IMG/VR virus record: IMGVR_UViG_3300043399_000877
Coordinates: 124,001 to 188,000 of that record
Direction: 5' to 3' (one strand)
Length of the DNA stretch: 64,000 bases
Each line of letters starts with the position of its first letter. Positions within the stretch are counted from its first letter, which is position 1. The position numbers and the translations under genes were made by a program. This document shows positions 28,498 to 39,898 of this stretch, piece after piece. The notes beneath the pieces were generated by a model, which was not told the origin of the DNA, did no database searches, and saw only the letters and a program-made list of their open reading frames with translations.

Positions 28498-31400
28498 ATG
28501 GTTTTGCGAATTTGTTCCAGTTGTGCAGTCAGTGAGTTGATGGTAATCTGTTGTTCTTTTATGGCTTCAATCAACAGTGGTACCAATCTTTCATACTTGA
28601 TGGTCAAGTAATTCTCACCACTCTTGCTATAAAGATTTCCTTGGGAATCTTCTTTATGATCGAATGGTGCAGGTGCAACCGCTTCGGGCAACACTGCTTG
28701 TACTTCCTGTGCCAGCAATCCAACTTCAACTTTATCTGGATCTACAGCTAACCCAAGCTCAGTTGCTTCAGATTTCCAATTATAGTAAACTCCGTTGATT
28801 TTAGAAAGTTTTTCAACAGCATTGGAAACAACTTGTACATTTTCCTTCAATCTTGCATCCGAGCTGTATGCAGTTATTTCGCCCGCTGCGGTAATTGCAC
28901 CACCAAAAGTTACAGATCCACCGAGTCCGTTAATAATTAGGGTATTAGTGGCACCGTTGTTTCTGGCCATTATTTCATTAGGATCAATACAAACGTTGGC
29001 GGCAGTACTGGGACCTACTTGGAAACCGTGCAACGTGCTAGTAAGATTTACGTCTGCTGTAGCATTGCATCTTAGCCTAGTTATAGTTAGACCGCCAATA
29101 CCAGACAAATTTCCAACTTCAGTGGTACCAGCATACCAAGAAAATTGGCCTGCGCTTGTAGGAACCGAATTCCAAAGAGTATCAGTAGCTATACCTATTG
29201 CATAATCAACCGCTGCTGCACCAACACCCGGATAAAGTACAAGTTTAGTACCCGCACTTCGTGTTGTAAATGCCGGTATAGCTACACCGTTTGTATTCCA
29301 GTCAATTCTATTACCAGTTGTACCGTTTAGATAAATTTGGCCGTTATTGTTGACGGCATCCCATGCATTTGTAGATATAATTTGTGCGCTAAATGTTTTG
29401 TCTGCACTAAACGTCTGCACTGCTGCAAGTGTAGCTATTGTACTAGTCGCATCCGGTAATGTATAAGTTCTAGCCGCAGTCGGTCCAGCAAATGTTACAA
29501 ATTGGTTACCTAGCAGCTCAGTCTTAACGTTTGCAAGCGTCTTTGGTCTGACGAAACCATCTGAACCAGTTTCAACAAAGTAATGTGTTGCAGCGGTCGC
29601 TGTATCTCCAGATCCCGACAAGTTGATGAATGTTGGGTAGAAATATCCACCATAGTTAAGACGTGTCGTGCCGGTCGGCGTCGTGGTACTCGTATCAAAC
29701 TGGCCAGATGTTGCTACAGATCTTATCACAGCCATAGTATTTGGTGCTGCGGTTGTAATATCCGGCACTATAATTGTTGTGTCTGCAGTTGGGGCATTGT
29801 TTAATTCAGTGTAAAAAGTTCCGGCAGAATTATACATTCTGAAATTACCACCGGAAGTAAATACTGCTGTCAATGTCGGTTGAGCACTGGTAGCAGCGGT
29901 CCAAATTTGAAGATCACTACCACCTGCTGTACTTGCGCCCACACCACGCACAAGAGCCAGGTCACCGGATGACTGTGTACTAGCGTCTCTGCTTGCAAAA
30001 ACCACAGCACCAAGTTCAGTACCAGCATTCACTGTAGTACTGTTAAACTCTAACCTTAAACGTGCACCAATAGAACCATTAGCAGACGCCACGTATATAT
30101 CAGTTCCTTGAATAGTATTGACTGGAACTGTTGCGTTGGTAAGTGCAGCACCCATTTTAACTGTACCAGCAACTGTCTGCGCACCGGTTGTAGCGTTCGC
30201 ATACGAAACAGATGTAGTAGAGCATGCGGTAACTGTAAATGTACCATTATAACCGGTTGGTGTGACACCGGCAACAATAATCTGAGACCCGACTTCAAAT
30301 GGTGCTGCGGCTTGTGCTGCAAATGTCAGTGTTGCCGTTGTACCTGTGCCGCTTGCTCCGGTTGTCGCGATAGTAGTTGCCAAAGTTGGCACGGTAAGAA
30401 CGTCACCTGCTGTATATCTGTGACCGCCCCAGGTTAAAGTTACGCCAGTTACTACACCAAGAGCAACCGTTACAGTCGCCAGCGAATAAGAACCTGTTCC
30501 ACCCGACATTATCACGTTCGTGTGTGTGCCGTTCATGTAACCGGTACCACCGGAAGTTATGGCTGCCAATGTTAAAATAGGGCCGGTTACAGCAGATATA
30601 TCTGCACCAACAGCAAGGTTTCCGGGGACAATGGCGCTGGGTGAAAGTAACTTTGTGCTACCACCGTCAGCATCACCAATACTAACGTTAGTTGTTGACC
30701 CTGCCGCGCCGCCGGTGCCGATGTTAACTGTTTTGGTAAATCCGGATGCTGTAGCACCAGTCGCCAAGTTAAGAGTTTGAGAGGTTGTAGCTGCTCTACC
30801 AATTGTTATAGCACCGGTTCCGGACGTTCCGCCAATGTCTATTGTGCCGGAAGTTTGACCTGTTCCGATACTTATTGCTGCTGTTGTGTTATCTGTGAAC
30901 AAAGATGCAGCAGCATTGGTTGCGTTTACTGAAGTTATACCAGTCAAGGCAAGCGCCGCGCTGCCACGGTTGATGGTGACAGATGTTGTACCAATATTCA
31001 TTGTTTGGTTTACAGCAGCCACATCAGTGCCGATTGTAAGTCCTAATGAAGCTCTTGCTGTAGCACCAGTTTCACCAACCCAGTTTGTTCCATTACCTAC
31101 AATAATAGTATTGTCTGCTGGTGTTACTAGTGCAATGTCTGCAAGTCCCGCGTCATATGCTTGAACGTTGGTGCCAATTACGAGGCCAAGAGTCGTGCGT
31201 TGTGCAGCAGCGTCTGCATCATCCAAGATTGCTCGACCAGCAGCAGTCAAAGTAGTCACTGCGTATGTATCAGCCGCAGTCGTATAAATCATACGGTCGG
31301 CAGCAGTAGTCAAACCAGCTATGGACTGAAGACCTGCGTCATATGCTTGAACGTCTACACCAATAGTACCGGTATCTAGAACGCGGGACCAAGTCATTGA

Positions 31401-34400
31401 GGTGGTACCTAAAGTGTCAGTACCTTTAAAGTCAGTATCGAAGGTCTTACCTCCGTTTGCGGTGCCTTGGTCAACTGCAACCGCCGCTGCCGCTAACTCT
31501 GATGCAATGTTAGCATCATTCGCCCTAGTCCAAGCACCAGCCGCCACAACGTAAATTCCGTTTTCAGCAGCAGCAGTTTGGTTCTTTACAAGAACTCTAT
31601 CACCTGCTACAACGGCCACACCGTCAATAGTTTGAGGCGCTGATAGTGTAATATTAGCAGTTGTTGCGGCCTTGACGCTACGTTTGACCCATGCGTCTGG
31701 GAGATTTTCAAGAGTTAAGGTCTGCCAGCTTGGTGCGCTCGCGCCTGCCGAAACAAATGCCTGGCCAGCAGTACCAGCAGCAGTTACCGCAGTTGCCCCA
31801 GCACCAGTTTGATATGGAACACCCCCAGCAACACCGCCTGCTATGTTAGTGGCGGTTGTTGCAGTAGTAGCATTACCAGAGAACGTAGTTGCTGTTAATG
31901 TACCGGTAGAAGGCACATATGATAGTGCCGTAGCAGTTGCCCTAACTCGTGCAGTTTGGTTGCTACCAGCAGCAGCAACAAATACTGGATAATGTGTTGT
32001 GGCAGAAGTGTCTTCAGTAGCATTTATGGTTGTTGATGGTCCAGCAGTACCTTGGATACCTTGGCTACCAGTAAAACCAACGGATCCTTGTGATCCTTGA
32101 ATGCCCTGGCTACCGGTAAACCCTCGGCTACCGGTAAATCCTATGGGCCCTTGTTGACCCTGTATGCCTTGAACGCCCTGACTTCCGGTAAATCCGATCG
32201 GTCCTTGGTTTCCTTGAACACCTTGAACTCCTTGGCTACCGGTAAACCCGATCGGCCCCTGCTGGCCTTGAACGCCTTGAACGCCTTGGCTACCAGTAAA
32301 TCCTCGGCTACCAGTAAATCCAATCGGTCCTTGTTGTCCCTGGACGCCCTGCACACCTTGGCTACCGGTAAATCCTATAGGTCCTTGTTGTCCCTGGATG
32401 CCTTGAATGCCCTGACTACCAGTAAATCCAATGGGTCCCTGCTGGCCCTGTATGCCTTGAACGCCCTGACGCCCTTGTACACCTTGGCTTCCGGTAAATC
32501 CAATAGATCCATCAGAACCCTGTACACCTTGAATTCCCTGTGTGCCTTGAATGCCTTGACTTCCAGTAAATCCGATTGGCCCCTGCTGGCCCTGTATGCC
32601 TTGAACGCCTTGGACGCCTTGACGACCCTGAATACCTTGACTTCCAGTAAATCCAATGGGTCCCTGCTGACCCTGTATGCCTTGAACGCCTTGAATCCCC
32701 TGACTTCCAGTATATCCGATTGGACCATCAAATCCTTGTATACCCTGAACTCCTTGGACTCCCTGACTTCCGGTAAACCCAGTTGTACCAGTTATACCTT
32801 GACGACCTTGAACGCCTTGAACTCCCTGACTTCCGGTGAATCCAACGGGCCCCTGCTGGCCCTGTATGCCTTGAACGCCTTGGACGCCTTGACTTCCAGT
32901 ATATCCGATTGGACCATCAAATCCTTGTATACCCTGCACGCCTTGAACGCCTTGACTTCCAGTAAACCCAGTTGTACCAGTTATACCTTGACGACCTTGA
33001 ACGCCTTGAACTCCCTGACTTCCGGTGAATCCAACGGGCCCCTGCTGGCCCTGTATGCCTTGAACGCCTTGGACGCCTTGACTTCCTTGAACGCCTTGGA
33101 CACCTTGGCTACCAGTAAATCCTATGGGTCCTTGGTTTCCTTGAATGCCTTGTGTTCCTTGAACTCCCTGACTACCGGTAAATCCAATCGGTCCTTGTTG
33201 TCCCTGAACGCCTTGAACGCCCTGGCTACCGGTAAACCCAATGGGTCCTTGAGATCCTTGAATCCCCTGTGTGCCCTGGATGCCTTGACTTCCGGTAAAT
33301 CCGATTGGGCCTTGTTGACCCTGTATGCCTTGAACGCCCTGACGTCCTTGGACACCTTGGCTACCTGTAAACCCAATAGATCCATCAGAACCCTGTACAC
33401 CTTGAATTCCCTGAACGCCTTGGATACCTTGACTACCAGTAAATCCTATGGGCCCTTGTTGTCCCTGTATTCCCTGGCGCCCTTGAACACCTTGGACGCC
33501 TTGAACACCTTGGCTTCCGGTAAATCCTATTGGTCCGTCAGAACCCTGTATGCCCTGTACACCTTGAACTCCCTGGCTACCAGTAAACCCAATCGGTCCT
33601 TGTTGACCTTGGACGCCTTGTATGCCCTGTGCGCCCTGTACACCTTGGCTTCCGGTAAATCCGATCGGTCCTTGGTTTCCTTGAACTCCTTGTATGCCCT
33701 GACTACCAGTGAATCCAACGGGACCTTGAGATCCTTGTATGCCCTGACGGCCCTGTATGCCCTGAATTCCTTGGCTACCAGTAAATCCGATGGATCCGTC
33801 AGAACCCTGTACACCCTGGACCCCTTGGCTACCTTGACTGCCGGTAAATCCGACGGATCCCTGAGATCCTTGTATACCTTGAACTCCCTGTGTGCCTTGA
33901 ACGCCTTGGCTTCCTGTGAATCCGATTGGACCATCAAATCCTTGAATACCTTGACGCCCTTGGACACCTTGACTACCAGTAAATCCAACGGGCCCTTGTT
34001 GTCCCTGTACACCCTGAACTCCTTGAACTCCCTGACTACCGGTAAATCCAACGGGTCCTTGTTGTCCCTGGATACCTTGTGTTCCTTGAACTCCTTGACT
34101 ACCGGTAAATCCGATCGGTCCTTGGTTTCCTTGAACGCCTTGTGTTCCTTGAACTCCCTGACTACCGGTAAATCCAATCGGGCCCTGCTGGCCCTGAATG
34201 CCCTGCACGCCTTGAACGCCTTGACTTCCAGTAAACCCAATCGGTCCTTGCTGTCCCTGTATGCCCTGTGTACCCTGACTTCCGGTAAACCCGATCGGGC
34301 CCTGTTGGCCCTGAACTCCCTGACTACCAGTAAATCCGATCGGTCCTTGGTCGCCTTGAATTCCCTGGCGACCTTGAATACCCTGAACTCCCTGGCTACC

Positions 34401-37385
34401 AGTAAATCCGATCGGCCCTTGAGGCCCTTGAACGCCTTGTATTCCCTGACTACCGGTAAATCCGATCGGTCCTTGTTGACCTTGAACTCCTTGTGTTCCT
34501 TGTACACCCTGAACTCCTTGAACTCCCTGACTACCGGTAAATCCGATCGGCCCTTGAGGCCCTTGAACGCCTTGTATTCCCTGACTACCGGTAAATCCGA
34601 TCGGTCCTTGGTTTCCTTGAACACCTTGTGTTCCTTGTACACCTTGAATTCCTTGACTGCCAGTAAATCCAATCGGTCCCTGCTGACCCTGAATGCCTTG
34701 AGTGCCCTGGGTTCCTTGACTACCAGTAAATCCAATCGGTCCCTGCTGACCCTGAATGCCTTGAGTGCCCTGGGTTCCTTGACTACCAGTAAATCCAATG
34801 GGACCTTGTTGACCTTGAATGCCCTGGACTCCTTGGCTTCCAGTGAAACCTGTTATACCTTGCGCGCCCTGAATTCCTTGTGTGCCTTGGATGCCTTGAC
34901 TACCAGTAAAGCCTGTTGGGCCAATTTCACCCTGAATACCTTGTGTTCCCTGACTTCCTTGACGTCCTTGAATTCCCTGACTGCCAGTAAAACCAATCAG
35001 GCCTTGTTCGCCCTGGATGCCCTGAACACCCTGACTACCGGTAAATCCGATGGGTCCTTGTTCGCCTTGGACACCTTGCGTACCCTGAATGCCTTGACTA
35101 CCGGTAAATCCGATGGGTCCTTGTTCGCCTTGGACACCTTGCGTACCCTGAATGCCTTGACTACCGGTAAATCCGATGGGTCCTTGTTCGCCTTGAATTC
35201 CTTGTAGTCCTTGACGTCCTTGAACACCTTGACTTCCAGTAAAACCAATCGGGCCCTGGTTGCCCTGTATGCCCTGAACTCCTTGGCTACCAGTAAATCC
35301 GATCGGGCCCTGGTTGCCCTGTATGCCCTGGCGACCTTGAATTCCTTGACTACCAGTAAAACCTGTTAACCCTTGTTCTCCTTGAACACCCTGTGTACCC
35401 TGAACTCCTTGGACTCCCTGACTGCCAGTAAACCCGATGGGTCCTTGCTCGCCTTGAATTCCTTGTAGTCCTTGTGTGCCTTGGCTACCGGTAAACCCGA
35501 TGGGTCCTTGAGATCCTTGAACTCCCTGTATGCCTTGAACTCCCTGGCTACCGGTAAATCCAATGGGTCCTTGAGCTCCCTGAACACCTTGAATTCCTTG
35601 TGTGCCCTGAGATCCTTGTAATCCATAAGGACTACCTACCCATTGACCACTTGAATTTATAACAGTTCCAATATCTTGAATACTATACCCACTCGTTACA
35701 ATATTGGCAGTATTGTCGATAGAAAATGTTGTTCCAGTTAAATCTATCCCGGCGCCTGCGCTATAAATCTGAGCAGAACTAATTTGAACAAAATTGATTG
35801 GTGTTGTTCCAAACGATATTGTTCCAGCAGTGGTCATTACATATAGTTCGCCGGCACCGGTTGCACCTTCTTTGACGAAGAATGCATCACCAGCACCCAA
35901 AGAGTCCGGGTCACTAGGTGCATAGGTATTTGCATCAAGCGATCTAACCAATATCCAATTTGTTGATCCCGACCCAACATTCGAAACTGTGTAAATTCCG
36001 TTGTGTGCAGCATTTGTTTGATTGTAAACAAGCACTCTGTCATTTAGGCTCAACGTAACACCGTCGATTACCAATGCAGTTTGTGTGCCAGAATTGGTAA
36101 GTGTTGCACCTACTCCGTCAGTTCCATTGTCGTAAGTTGCAGACAGCGCAGTAGGTGCTTCTACTCTTACGGCTATGTGATAATGTATAGCTGCTGAAGC
36201 AATTGTATCAACATATTGTTTTGTTGCTGCATGCATCGCAGTTGTTGGGTCGTTTGCAAGAGTCAAACGTCCGGCGGTCATAGCAGTGTCGGTATCACTT
36301 CTTAAAAACTGTGCAGAACTCAGTCCTTGAAGTGTTTGAGCGTCACCCGCCGTTGAACCCTGTATACCCTGGACACCTTGAACACCTTGACTACCAGTAA
36401 AACCCGTTAATCCTTGTTCGCCTTGAACGCCCTGACTTCCTTGGCGGCCTTGGATACCTTGTAATCCCTGTAGACCTTGAACGCCTTGGACGCCTTGACT
36501 ACCAGTATACCCCCTTGCACCTAAGTTTCCGTCTATACCCTGAATTCCTTGAACACCCTGAATTCCTTGAATACCCTGGGCGCCGTGGCTACCAGTGTAA
36601 CCGCGTTCACCCTGTGGACCAACTATTTGTCCAGCATTGTCCCAGGTGGCGCCGGTCCAAATATAAAGATTTCCTTCAGATTGAACAATGTATGCGTCGC
36701 CGATGTCACCAGTATAGCTTGATGGATACCCGGGAAGATCGGTTACTAGGCTTACGCTGCCCTTTAAAACAATACTAGTACCCTGTGGGCCTTGGCTACC
36801 AGTAAATCCGGTATCACCCTTGGAACCAGTAAATCCGGTATCACCCTTGGAACCTGTGAATCCTGACGACCCAGTATACCCTCTTGGACCGATATTTGAA
36901 AAGAATTTCCAAGTAGACCCGTCATATATAAAATTAACATTTGCTCTACCAGTGTCTAAATCAAAAATTTGAGCAGAATTTTCAATAGTTTCACCAGAAC
37001 CTGCGTCTACTGATAGGTTATTTATTGACCAGTCGCCACCGTCTGCTATTGAAACAAACTGACCGACAACCGGTGAACTGGGAAGTGTGACGGTAAATGC
37101 AAATACAGTGGTATCGGCAATGATAAACTCACCACTTGTGGCAGCGTAATTATTTGTTACTTTTGTCCAATTTATAATGGGTTCACCGACCCATTCACCA
37201 CTGGAATTTATTACTGTACCATAATTGTTTATTTTTAATGATACTGCACTTAGGTTTCCACCTACTTGAATTATTTGGCTAGCCAGTGCTTGTAACAAAA
37301 CTTCTGACGAATCTGAAGAATTTACAAAATTAATATTTTCAGTTTGTAGTCCATTTTTGACTACGAATCGTTTATCATTTGCCAT
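28482..37385 (-). CDS. Giant collagen-like tail fibre (fibre 1) with C-terminal intramolecular chaperone (peptidase S74)
   Basis: 2967 aa; Gly-X-Y region 35624-32034; two DRVLVxNQ..NGIY tail-fibre domains flank it; C-terminal GEITAYSSDARLKENV...YERLVPLLIEAIKEQQ. Confidence 0.9.
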   Translation of the reverse strand: MANDKRFVVKNGLQTENINFVNSSDSSEVLLQALASQIIQVGGNLSAVSLKINNYGTVINSSGEWVGEPIINWTKVTNNYAATSGEFIIADTTVFAFTVTLPSSPVVGQFVSIADGGDWSINNLSVDAGSGETIENSAQIFDLDTGRANVNFIYDGSTWKFFSNIGPRGYTGSSGFTGSKGDTGFTGSKGDTGFTGSQGPQGTSIVLKGSVSLVTDLPGYPSSYTGDIGDAYIVQSEGNLYIWTGATWDNAGQIVGPQGERGYTGSHGAQGIQGIQGVQGIQGIDGNLGARGYTGSQGVQGVQGLQGLQGIQGRQGSQGVQGEQGLTGFTGSQGVQGVQGIQGSTAGDAQTLQGLSSAQFLRSDTDTAMTAGRLTLANDPTTAMHAATKQYVDTIASAAIHYHIAVRVEAPTALSATYDNGTDGVGATLTNSGTQTALVIDGVTLSLNDRVLVYNQTNAAHNGIYTVSNVGSGSTNWILVRSLDANTYAPSDPDSLGAGDAFFVKEGATGAGELYVMTTAGTISFGTTPINFVQISSAQIYSAGAGIDLTGTTFSIDNTANIVTSGYSIQDIGTVINSSGQWVGSPYGLQGSQGTQGIQGVQGAQGPIGFTGSQGVQGIQGVQGSQGPIGFTGSQGTQGLQGIQGEQGPIGFTGSQGVQGVQGTQGVQGEQGLTGFTGSQGIQGRQGIQGNQGPIGFTGSQGVQGIQGNQGPIGFTGSQGVQGRQGLQGIQGEQGPIGFTGSQGIQGTQGVQGEQGPIGFTGSQGIQGTQGVQGEQGPIGFTGSQGVQGIQGEQGLIGFTGSQGIQGRQGSQGTQGIQGEIGPTGFTGSQGIQGTQGIQGAQGITGFTGSQGVQGIQGQQGPIGFTGSQGTQGTQGIQGQQGPIGFTGSQGTQGTQGIQGQQGPIGFTGSQGIQGVQGTQGVQGNQGPIGFTGSQGIQGVQGPQGPIGFTGSQGVQGVQGVQGTQGVQGQQGPIGFTGSQGIQGVQGPQGPIGFTGSQGVQGIQGRQGIQGDQGPIGFTGSQGVQGQQGPIGFTGSQGTQGIQGQQGPIGFTGSQGVQGVQGIQGQQGPIGFTGSQGVQGTQGVQGNQGPIGFTGSQGVQGTQGIQGQQGPVGFTGSQGVQGVQGVQGQQGPVGFTGSQGVQGRQGIQGFDGPIGFTGSQGVQGTQGVQGIQGSQGSVGFTGSQGSQGVQGVQGSDGSIGFTGSQGIQGIQGRQGIQGSQGPVGFTGSQGIQGVQGNQGPIGFTGSQGVQGAQGIQGVQGQQGPIGFTGSQGVQGVQGIQGSDGPIGFTGSQGVQGVQGVQGRQGIQGQQGPIGFTGSQGIQGVQGIQGVQGSDGSIGFTGSQGVQGRQGVQGIQGQQGPIGFTGSQGIQGTQGIQGSQGPIGFTGSQGVQGVQGQQGPIGFTGSQGVQGTQGIQGNQGPIGFTGSQGVQGVQGSQGVQGVQGIQGQQGPVGFTGSQGVQGVQGRQGITGTTGFTGSQGVQGVQGIQGFDGPIGYTGSQGVQGVQGIQGQQGPVGFTGSQGVQGVQGRQGITGTTGFTGSQGVQGVQGIQGFDGPIGYTGSQGIQGVQGIQGQQGPIGFTGSQGIQGRQGVQGVQGIQGQQGPIGFTGSQGIQGTQGIQGVQGSDGSIGFTGSQGVQGRQGVQGIQGQQGPIGFTGSQGIQGIQGQQGPIGFTGSQGVQGVQGQQGPIGFTGSRGFTGSQGVQGVQGQQGPIGFTGSQGVQGVQGNQGPIGFTGSQGVQGIQGQQGPIGFTGSRGFTGSQGIQGSQGSVGFTGSQGIQGTAGPSTTINATEDTSATTHYPVFVAAAGSNQTARVRATATALSYVPSTGTLTATTFSGNATTATTATNIAGGVAGGVPYQTGAGATAVTAAGTAGQAFVSAGASAPSWQTLTLENLPDAWVKRSVKAATTANITLSAPQTIDGVAVVAGDRVLVKNQTAAAENGIYVVAAGAWTRANDANIASELAAAAVAVDQGTANGGKTFDTDFKGTDTLGTTSMTWSRVLDTGTIGVDVQAYDAGLQSIAGLTTAADRMIYTTAADTYAVTTLTAAGRAILDDADAAAQRTTLGLVIGTNVQAYDAGLADIALVTPADNTIIVGNGTNWVGETGATARASLGLTIGTDVAAVNQTMNIGTTSVTINRGSAALALTGITSVNATNAAASLFTDNTTAAISIGTGQTSGTIDIGGTSGTGAITIGRAATTSQTLNLATGATASGFTKTVNIGTGGAAGSTTNVSIGDADGGSTKLLSPSAIVPGNLAVGADISAVTGPILTLAAITSGGTGYMNGTHTNVIMSGGTGSYSLATVTVALGVVTGVTLTWGGHRYTAGDVLTVPTLATTIATTGASGTGTTATLTFAAQAAAPFEVGSQIIVAGVTPTGYNGTFTVTACSTTSVSYANATTGAQTVAGTVKMGAALTNATVPVNTIQGTDIYVASANGSIGARLRLEFNSTTVNAGTELGAVVFASRDASTQSSGDLALVRGVGASTAGGSDLQIWTAATSAQPTLTAVFTSGGNFRMYNSAGTFYTELNNAPTADTTIIVPDITTAAPNTMAVIRSVATSGQFDTSTTTPTGTTRLNYGGYFYPTFINLSGSGDTATAATHYFVETGSDGFVRPKTLANVKTELLGNQFVTFAGPTAARTYTLPDATSTIATLAAVQTFSADKTFSAQIISTNAWDAVNNNGQIYLNGTTGNRIDWNTNGVAIPAFTTRSAGTKLVLYPGVGAAAVDYAIGIATDTLWNSVPTSAGQFSWYAGTTEVGNLSGIGGLTITRLRCNATADVNLTSTLHGFQVGPSTAANVCIDPNEIMARNNGATNTLIINGLGGSVTFGGAITAAGEITAYSSDARLKENVQVVSNAVEKLSKINGVYYNWKSEATELGLAVDPDKVEVGLLAQEVQAVLPEAVAPAPFDHKEDSQGNLYSKSGENYLTIKYERLVPLLIEAIKEQQITINSLTAQLEQIRKTINGGE
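32034..35624 (-). repeat. Coding tandem repeat (Gly-X-Y)n, about 399 triplets built from GPIGFTGSQ and G[VIT]Q units
   Basis: 3591 nt = 1197 aa, exactly divisible by 9; no register break seen on reading the translation. Confidence 0.85.
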
Positions 37386-37436
37386 TTGGTTCCACTATCC
37401 CCTCGAAGGCTTATATTTGTATTTATGGTTTTTGCA

Positions 37437-37796
37437 TCAAAGCGTTGGCCAAGATATATTGAAGGGATCAGGTTGTAATGTTATGTCCCGCAATGCTTGG
37501 CGGTAACTTGAAAGTTCGATTGGAACAGCCTTTCCTTCTTCATAAAGTCTTATAACCGAAATATCACTATTAGCCAACAAAATATTTCTATAATTACGAA
37601 TCTCTTGCCATTTTAAATCTATTTCTGCTTCATTCGGATTGCGTACAATCCAACTTGATCCGTTCCATTCCAAGATCTCCCCTTTTGTAATTTCTGGTTT
37701 TTCTGGAGCAAGAACAAAGTCGTTAATATTATAATTTTGAACATCCGTTGGCAACGGGTATGGATATGAACCTTTATAGCTGTATAGTTTTTCCAT
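37437..37796 (-). CDS. Tail fibre assembly chaperone-like protein
   Basis: WQEIRNYRNILLANSD...YRQALRDITLQPDPFNISWP signature. Confidence 0.8.
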   Translation of the reverse strand: MEKLYSYKGSYPYPLPTDVQNYNINDFVLAPEKPEITKGEILEWNGSSWIVRNPNEAEIDLKWQEIRNYRNILLANSDISVIRLYEEGKAVPIELSSYRQALRDITLQPDPFNISWPTL

Positions 37797-39202
37797 TATA
37801 ATGTTCCTGTGTTAGTTGACGGGAACGATCTGTTTGGTCCCCAAATAATTCTGACTGCGCCAACTCTTCCATTTCCGCTGGAACCGTAGGTTGTATCTAC
37901 ACCACCACCGCCGCCGCCATAAACACCGCCATTTGGGGGCGTACCTGCGCCACCACCGCTGCCGCCGCCTGCTTGAACGGAAGCGCCCGTGCCACCAGCA
38001 CCGTTTGTACCTGCACCAAGAATACCAACACCACCGCCACCGCCTGCAGTGCTGGTGCTGCCGTATCCACCACCACCGCCACCACCGGCGCCAGCAGACC
38101 CAGCGGCGCTGCCAGAAGTGCCGCCGGTTCCACCATTTCCAGTGTAGCCACCGGCGCCGCCACCGCCGCCTGATGTAGTGCTTACGTTTGATGCGCCATT
38201 ACCACCATTGCCACCATTTGGACTATATCCGCCGCCAGCGCCACCGGCTCCACCAGTTAATCCTTGTTTACCACCATAAGCCACAACGGTAGATGTATTA
38301 ATAAAATATGAATCTCCACCAGTCGTGCCGTTGCCACTTACGCTACCGGACCCGGCCGCGCCCACAACTACCGTATACGAGTTTCCCGGGACTACTGAAA
38401 TGTTATTTCGCCAAGCTAGTCCGCCACCACCCCCGCCGCCGCCGCCAGATGCCCCGGCACCACCCCCGCCGCCACCACCCACGCACACAACATGTACCCA
38501 GTTTACACCCGCCGGGCAGGTCCATGAAAATGTACCAGCTGATGAATACGTTGCTTCACCATTAGAGGAAGGATAAACAATGGTTTCTGAGACAGACACA
38601 TACTTCCATCCAGTATTCATATATACATTTAACAGGTTTGTGGTAGTGTCATACCATTGTAAACCAACAGTGGGCGACACTGGCGCAGTATCTGATACAA
38701 CTATTGCATTTGGTCCAGTAATTCCTTGAACACCCTGGCGTCCTTGAACGCCTTGAAGACCTTGAACTCCCTGGCTACCAGTGTACCCAGCCCCGATGAT
38801 ACCTTGGACGCCTTGAACCCCTTGACTTCCGGTATATCCTGTAGTTCCTGCTCCGGTAATTCCTTGAACACCTTGAACGCCTTGAATACCAGCATCACCA
38901 TTTGCACCAGTTATACCTTGAAGACCTTGAACTCCTTGACTTCCGGTATATCCCGTAGTTCCTGCTCCGGTAATTCCTTGAACGCCTTGAGCACCTCGGC
39001 TTCCGGTGTATCCCGTAGTGCCTGTCCCGGTAATTCCCTGGGGTCCTTGAATACCTTGTACACCTTGGCCACTGCCACCGCCGCCCCCGTTACCACCAGT
39101 TCCTTGAATACCCTGAATTCCCTGTGGGCCTTGTATTGTAAAAGAAGGGCTTACGCTTGAAAAAAAATCACTTAATTTTACCCTAGTTGTCATTAAACCC
39201 AC
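37796..39202 (-). CDS. Short collagen-like protein with a glycine-rich (polyglycine II, gp38-adhesin-like) C-terminal domain
   Basis: GxQ/GYTGS repeats, then [13 protein letters not shown], then [21 protein letters not shown]...GAVRIIWG. Confidence 0.8.
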   Translation of the reverse strand: MGLMTTRVKLSDFFSSVSPSFTIQGPQGIQGIQGTGGNGGGGGSGQGVQGIQGPQGITGTGTTGYTGSRGAQGVQGITGAGTTGYTGSQGVQGLQGITGANGDAGIQGVQGVQGITGAGTTGYTGSQGVQGVQGIIGAGYTGSQGVQGLQGVQGRQGVQGITGPNAIVVSDTAPVSPTVGLQWYDTTTNLLNVYMNTGWKYVSVSETIVYPSSNGEATYSSAGTFSWTCPAGVNWVHVVCVGGGGGGGAGASGGGGGGGGGLAWRNNISVVPGNSYTVVVGAAGSGSVSGNGTTGGDSYFINTSTVVAYGGKQGLTGGAGGAGGGYSPNGGNGGNGASNVSTTSGGGGGAGGYTGNGGTGGTSGSAAGSAGAGGGGGGGYGSTSTAGGGGGVGILGAGTNGAGGTGASVQAGGGSGGGAGTPPNGGVYGGGGGGVDTTYGSSGNGRVGAVRIIWGPNRSFPSTNTGTL

Positions 39203-39224
39203 CCATCTATTAGTATATTTATTG

Positions 39225-39896
39225 TCATGCCAATATCAAAGTTTCTGAAATTTTATACTGAGTTGAATTAGCAGTTGTCCTTGTTGCCATAAGGCGAACA
39301 TTTGCTCCGCTTATATCAACATCGTACACAACAATTGCTGCTGCCCCAGTATACACTACACCATATTCGGTTGCGCTCGCGGTAGTACCATTGTGGGCAA
39401 CTAATAATTCTGATATTTGAACTTCACCAGTTATACTATCATATGCTTGTACTATAAGTTTACCTGATCTAAAGCCAGATGTTGAAAAACTTGCAATCTG
39501 CGTTTTACTAGTAGTTGTTAACGTGATTGATTCTGAATTTAAATTTACATTTGAATTTATTTTTATGTCACCAGCAACATCCAATTTTGATGATGGTGAA
39601 CCGGTACCTATACCAACACGACCAGTTGCAATATCATAAACTAAGCCAGTTGCTGCTGCTAAAATACCTGAATTATTAAAAATTACCTGCGTATTGCTGC
39701 CGGGTGCTGTTAGATTAGTAGCCGGATTTAACCAACTTCTAACGCCAGCGGTTGTAGACGATAAAATATATCCATTTGACGCCGGTACACCAAGGTCAGG
39801 TTCAGCTTCTGCTAGAGTCAAGAACTGGTATCTGTCAGCCGAAACTTCGGTTGCTGGGGTTTTTTCTACTCTATTTGACAGAAGCTGACTTAACAC
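39225..39896 (-). CDS. Putative virion structural protein sharing its N-terminal module with fibre 2
   Basis: [33 protein letters not shown] matches the fibre 2 N-terminus; [17 protein letters not shown] fibre motif. Confidence 0.7.
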   Translation of the reverse strand: MLSQLLSNRVEKTPATEVSADRYQFLTLAEAEPDLGVPASNGYILSSTTAGVRSWLNPATNLTAPGSNTQVIFNNSGILAAATGLVYDIATGRVGIGTGSPSSKLDVAGDIKINSNVNLNSESITLTTTSKTQIASFSTSGFRSGKLIVQAYDSITGEVQISELLVAHNGTTASATEYGVVYTGAAAIVVYDVDISGANVRLMATRTTANSTQYKISETLILA

Positions 39897-39898
39897 TT

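Noticed and set aside
32097-35207. 1036-aa plus-strand ORF (and 423-aa and other off-frame ORFs) over the collagen tract
   Set aside because: These are antisense or off-frame shadows of the Gly-X-Y repeat, whose codon pattern lacks stops in those frames; they have low-complexity LNAL/TSK content, no RBS and no independent features.
32034-35624. Possible CRISPR array or satellite
   Set aside because: The repeats are in-frame coding units with synonymous variation, not constant repeats with unique spacers; no cas genes
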